NCBI GenBank assembly: GCA_977017575.1
Contig: CDRNVI010000032.1
Location: 186,001-250,000, forward strand
Direction of reading: 5' to 3'
DNA: 64,000 bases
Source of the DNA: Paramoeba atlantica
Lineage: Eukaryota; Protista; Discosea
The notes beneath the pieces are model-generated. The model was not told the DNA's origin and searched no databases. It worked only from the letters and a program-made list of their open reading frames with translations. The position numbers and the translations under genes are program-made. This document shows positions 60,520-64,000 of this stretch, in pieces (position 1 is the first letter of the stretch; each line of letters starts with the position of its first letter).

Positions 60520-61686
60520 TTAAAGCGACACGTTCTCTAAATATGCTTTGATTAGATATTCGATGCCGGAGGCTGCAACAGAGTCTTTCGTTAGAATAGC
60601 ATTTACTAACACAGGTATATCGTTTTTCAGATCTAGAATGAATTCCGCAAGAAATATGAGAATATGAAAATCAGCTACCTTGTAAAGAAACGGTTTGTCA
60701 CGATATTTCTGATCAGCGAAACACCGTGCGAGGTGAAGTATAGTGGGACTCTCTTCCCCAGGGCGTGATATGCGTACGAATCGGTTTCGAAATAGAGACG
60801 AATGAAAAGGTTCTACAGCCACTGGGGAAATTAACCAACGACAATCAATTTCATGACTAGGAGCTTTAGAAACCATAGAAGGCCTTCCCGAACCAGATTT
60901 TTGAGCCTCCGCTACCTCTAAAGGTTTACTGCTATGTATCAAACCCGTCGATTGATTCGAACAGTGGAAGTAACCCAAACGATACAAATGAACGCCTTGC
61001 TGTGAAGCTTGCCATACTTCTACTTCACACTCTGCCGAATCTTTTTTGGGAGAAACTGTCACTACGATACATAAGTCTCCGAACCGGGAGCTTTCTTTCA
61101 ATCCTAAAAGTGTCTCCTCAGCAGTCATTACGACCTCTGATTTTTCTCGAAAGCCATGCGCGATAATAATGCCCAATCGTTGAAGACCAAAGAGCGAGGC
61201 AATTGTGTCAACCTGACATGTTCGAGAATCTGCAGATAATTTTGTAGAAATTTCTGTATTCTCTTGTTCAGGTTCATATATGCCGTGTATTTCTATGGCT
61301 GTGTCATTTTCGCATATTTTTCCATAGAGCACTCCGATGCGATGAAGCCTCCAAGACCGCAAAGTTGCAAAACTTTGAAACATGGATATGGCATCTTGAT
61401 CAATTTTTACCTTCTGTATGCGCGCAGGTTCCCACTTAATGCGAAGTATTTTCATAAACTCAGTAAGCTGCGCCCCTGTTATGCAACGTTGATCTTTGTC
61501 GACAGCGATTCCACAAATCTCTCTTGTGTTCTGGTTCGTTTTTGTGTGAAATAAACCAGACTCCGAACAAACTTTCTCCTTGTACAAAGGTTGTTGACAC
61601 AGATCGCATATTTGAATGTGCGGCTTCTCTTCTTTTGTGAGCTTAGAGTATTTTTCACTCATCAAACGTCGGTATTCTGCATTCAT
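60520..61686 (-). CDS. NPL4: NPL4-like p97/Cdc48 cofactor
   Basis: AISMFQSF......RIGVLYG, IHGIYEPEQ, LFGLQRLGIIIAH, CIVVTV, EVWQAS.Q, ADFHILIFL. Confidence 0.85.
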   Translation of the reverse strand: MNAEYRRLMSEKYSKLTKEEKPHIQICDLCQQPLYKEKVCSESGLFHTKTNQNTREICGIAVDKDQRCITGAQLTEFMKILRIKWEPARIQKVKIDQDAISMFQSFATLRSWRLHRIGVLYGKICENDTAIEIHGIYEPEQENTEISTKLSADSRTCQVDTIASLFGLQRLGIIIAHGFREKSEVVMTAEETLLGLKESSRFGDLCIVVTVSPKKDSAECEVEVWQASQQGVHLYRLGYFHCSNQSTGLIHSSKPLEVAEAQKSGSGRPSMVSKAPSHEIDCRWLISPVAVEPFHSSLFRNRFVRISRPGEESPTILHLARCFADQKYRDKPFLYKVADFHILIFLAEFILDLKNDIPVLVNAILTKDSVAASGIEYLIKAYLENVSL

Positions 61687-61786
61687 CAGCTAGGGATCTA
61701 CCAATGTAAAAAAAATTATTGATTCGTTTTCGAAATCTTATGTAATTTCGATGCAATCCAATGTGCTAGAAGATAGGGGGGATTAT

Positions 61787-62123
61787 GTTGTGTCAACAAA
61801 AGTCGTGTTAATTTCTGGGATTAACACGACTTTAGTTCACACAACTTATGTGGCCAGAACTATTTCCCCCCCATAAGTGAGATGGCAGTGCCAGAGCGTC
61901 ATGTAATACCCCTGAAACCGCACTCTCGATGGCCAAGTCACCTTCGTTTCAAGGGAAAAGAGCGAATATGCACCCATTTTACCAAAAATAGAGAACTATT
62001 CTATTTTTTAGCATACTTTAAAAGTATGATAAAAAACAAAAGTCTTTTGTTCCTCACCACGTTTCGCATTAACACGACTTTGTTGACACAACTTTTGTTG
62101 CCTCGACTTTTGTTGACATAACT
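61787..62123. mobile_element. Foldback-like element built from 15-bp modules
   Basis: Left: GTTGTGTCAACAAAAGTCGTGTTAA plus an internal inverted copy at 61821-61845. Right (62068-62123): inverted modules GTTATGTCAACAAAA / GTCGAGGCAACAAAA / GTTGTGTCAACAAA / GTCGTGTTAAT. Confidence 0.7.
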
Positions 62124-62313
62124 TTTTTTCCGCCCTGTATGCTAGAAAGCGAGTAATTGTTTTCTACGATTGCTAACGTTGATATCAATCTGCGCTGTAG
62201 TTGAGCGCGAAGAACATGATGGCTTCTTACTTTCTATGCTTGGTTTCGAAACATACGACCATATATTTATGGTCACTCTCACTCTAATCTGTTTTCTAAA
62301 AAATAAAAAGCCT

Positions 62314-62868
62314 CTAAAATCTTCTTCGACCTGCTTCTGCTCGGCGCTGTGCAATAGTGCGCGACGAACGAGGAGCATTGCGTGATGCGTTGGACGTTGA
62401 CTCGGATGTTTCATGAGATCCAGTGCCCAGCCAGGCCCAAATAAACGTACCTAAAAGAGTGAGAACTCGATACACTACGTAGATCGCCATAAACCCATAA
62501 ATAATATAAAATCGGGACGAGTATAAGCTTCCTGCTTGTATCACCCAACATAACCAAAGAAAGTCCTGCGCATAGCTGTACAGACCAAGTACTTGAGCGT
62601 TTGTAATGTCCTGACTGTCTAGAAGATTGTTATACTCGTCAAAGCTCGGAGATACAGCTTTGTATAAAAACCATATCATCGTCAATTGCTGCAGCAACCA
62701 CAAAAACAATGGAAACCATACCGAAATATTGCGAAGTCCGGAAAGGTTTACGCGCAGCGTTCCTGATACCAAAAGCCAAAAAATATTTATTACCGCCGTA
62801 ATAATCAAATAAAGACGGATCCGACGCCTCGAATTACGATAAGCTCTCTTAGCGTTTTCTCTTCCCAT
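62314..62868 (-). CDS. TMEM208: TMEM208/SND2 (DUF788) ER membrane protein
   Basis: N-terminal AKR...N, TM segments, and LLDSQDI......YSYAQDFLWLCW.IQ..SLYS..F..IY.F...Y..Y pattern. Confidence 0.82.
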   Translation of the reverse strand: MGRENAKRAYRNSRRRIRLYLIITAVINIFWLLVSGTLRVNLSGLRNISVWFPLFLWLLQQLTMIWFLYKAVSPSFDEYNNLLDSQDITNAQVLGLYSYAQDFLWLCWVIQAGSLYSSRFYIIYGFMAIYVVYRVLTLLGTFIWAWLGTGSHETSESTSNASRNAPRSSRTIAQRRAEAGRRRF

Positions 62869-62997
62869 TTTCAAGTATTACTAAAATAATCAATTTGATA
62901 AAAAACAAAATAAGACTTTAGATGTGTTGATTGTGTAATTTATATGTCGAATAATGGAGTACAGGTTTTGCTTTAAAAGTTTAAATTATACTATATT

Positions 62998-63034
62998 AAA
63001 AATGAATGGTTTTAAATTAAAACCATTCATTTTT
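62998..63034. repeat. Perfect palindrome, 18-bp arms, 1-nt spacer
   Basis: AAAAATGAATGGTTTTAA-A-TTAAAACCATTCATTTTT. Confidence 0.9.
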
Positions 63035-63245
63035 CACTCCTTTTTAATCTGGGTGTTGTTCTGAAAAAAATGTAACACATGTAAACAAAGTGCCCTTGTG
63101 CTAGCATGATGCATCCTTGAAATTTAAACAATGGCTAAAAGTAAAGCCTTTTGTGCCTAAATAATAGTTGTTTCTTAGATTATTTACATTGTATTCATCA
63201 TTTCTCGTTGATGATTCATTTGTTTCATGTTCATCTACGAAAATG

Positions 63246-64000
63246 TTACAGAGTAGAAACAGAGCGTTGCGCGTGTTGAGCGTCCTCTCTAGTATGAATA
63301 AATTTAATATGCTCCGTGATCTGGCGCACCGCTATAGAGCACTCTAGAGTACGGTCTTGGAAGTTTGCATCAGAAAAGTGAAGAGGCTCAGAATCAGTAT
63401 TTGTGCTAATGCTTAACTTCGCTAGAAAGTCAGCTACCGCACTGCTTTCGCTGGAAGATACATGTTTGCTCGTTATACACCGAGTTGAGAGAGAAGCTTT
63501 TTTCATCCCTGACTCTTCTTGGATTAATGTGTCATCATTTTCTACATCAAACCCCAACGCTCTACTTATTTGGGACAATTTAATTTTTGATTTCGGAGCT
63601 CTTGATTGTAAAAACTGCAATAACCAATTGGTGCGCTTTTCCTGAAACAAGCGTCGCAGTAAAAGTTGAGTGTACCTACTCGGGGCACTGTAATACAACT
63701 GAATAAGCTTAAACACGTTTTCTGTCGCCGCGGCGCGTACAACGCACTCTGCATGTTGTATCTCCGTACGACCCATATCTTTCAAGGTTAAGGCAGTGAA
63801 TTCTGCGGCAATACCGCCGGCATTACCCATTAAAGCACAATATATGAGATGAAGTGCGCCAAACTCGTATCGTGTTTCACGCGCAGAGCAACATGGTAAA
63901 CGGTGTAGAGCTTGTATGCGACCTTGCAATTGGTTGAATTCTAGAAGATCTCCAAGCTCAAGAGTCAGCCGGGCATGCGCTTCCAGAACCTCAATCGTAA
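63246..64000 (-). CDS. SAC3/GANP/THP3 (LENG8-like) PCI protein, 5' end beyond the window
   Basis: The frame stays open to the window edge: TIEVLEAHARLTLELGDLLEFNQLQ..., EFGALHLIY, NVFKLIQLYYSAP..TQLLL....R. Confidence 0.85.
   Translation of the reverse strand, partial: TIEVLEAHARLTLELGDLLEFNQLQGRIQALHRLPCCSARETRYEFGALHLIYCALMGNAGGIAAEFTALTLKDMGRTEIQHAECVVRAAATENVFKLIQLYYSAPSRYTQLLLRRLFQEKRTNWLLQFLQSRAPKSKIKLSQISRALGFDVENDDTLIQEESGMKKASLSTRCITSKHVSSSESSAVADFLAKLSISTNTDSEPLHFSDANFQDRTLECSIAVRQITEHIKFIHTREDAQHAQRSVSTL

Noticed and set aside
1-64000. CRISPR arrays, rRNA genes, canonical tRNA genes, spliceosomal introns
   Set aside because: No regularly spaced repeat-spacer array, rRNA-like segment, clean cloverleaf or needed intron was seen by eye; small RNAs could have been missed without covariance-model searches.

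Overview
This is gene-dense, intron-free eukaryotic DNA in which every recognisable protein-coding gene (about 30 identifiable, plus about 8 hypothetical ORFs) lies on the minus strand. That is the layout of a kinetoplastid directional (polycistronic) gene cluster. Kinetoplastid-type genes support this: COX VII (MPRPFG..PATT..E.RAR), an MRB1590-like ABC-ATPase, p22/MAM33 and a long-tailed H2A.Z. The compact layout and strong divergence suggest a non-trypanosomatid such as a Perkinsela-like endosymbiont; this is inference. Housekeeping genes include LeuRS, CDC27, ST13, RPN9, PPAN, eIF3d, COX17, MRT4, uL1, uL10, uS4, AP-4 beta, RBM34, TBCB, a PHO80-type cyclin, an Eco1-like gene, DHX37, bL9m, PEX5, NPL4, TMEM208 and a THP3/LENG8-like gene. 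Two things stand out. (1) Four ~1 kb GC-rich islands centred inside genes (about 7.0, 21.6, 36.2 and 59.8 kb) all show the same strand-symmetric flip from C-runs to G-runs, which extends into flanking non-coding DNA and appears to bias the encoded amino acids. (2) The intergenic spaces hold many unrelated cut-and-paste DNA-transposon relics: TA-flanked MITEs, CCC..GGG and hAT-like ends, a 15-bp-module foldback, an IS630/Tc1 HTH relic and a Pif1-type helicase relic. Trypanosomatid genomes are considered to lack this class of element. All assignments come from motif recognition by eye with no database searches. Starts were moved to the first plausible ATG where the ORF track used TTG/GTG.
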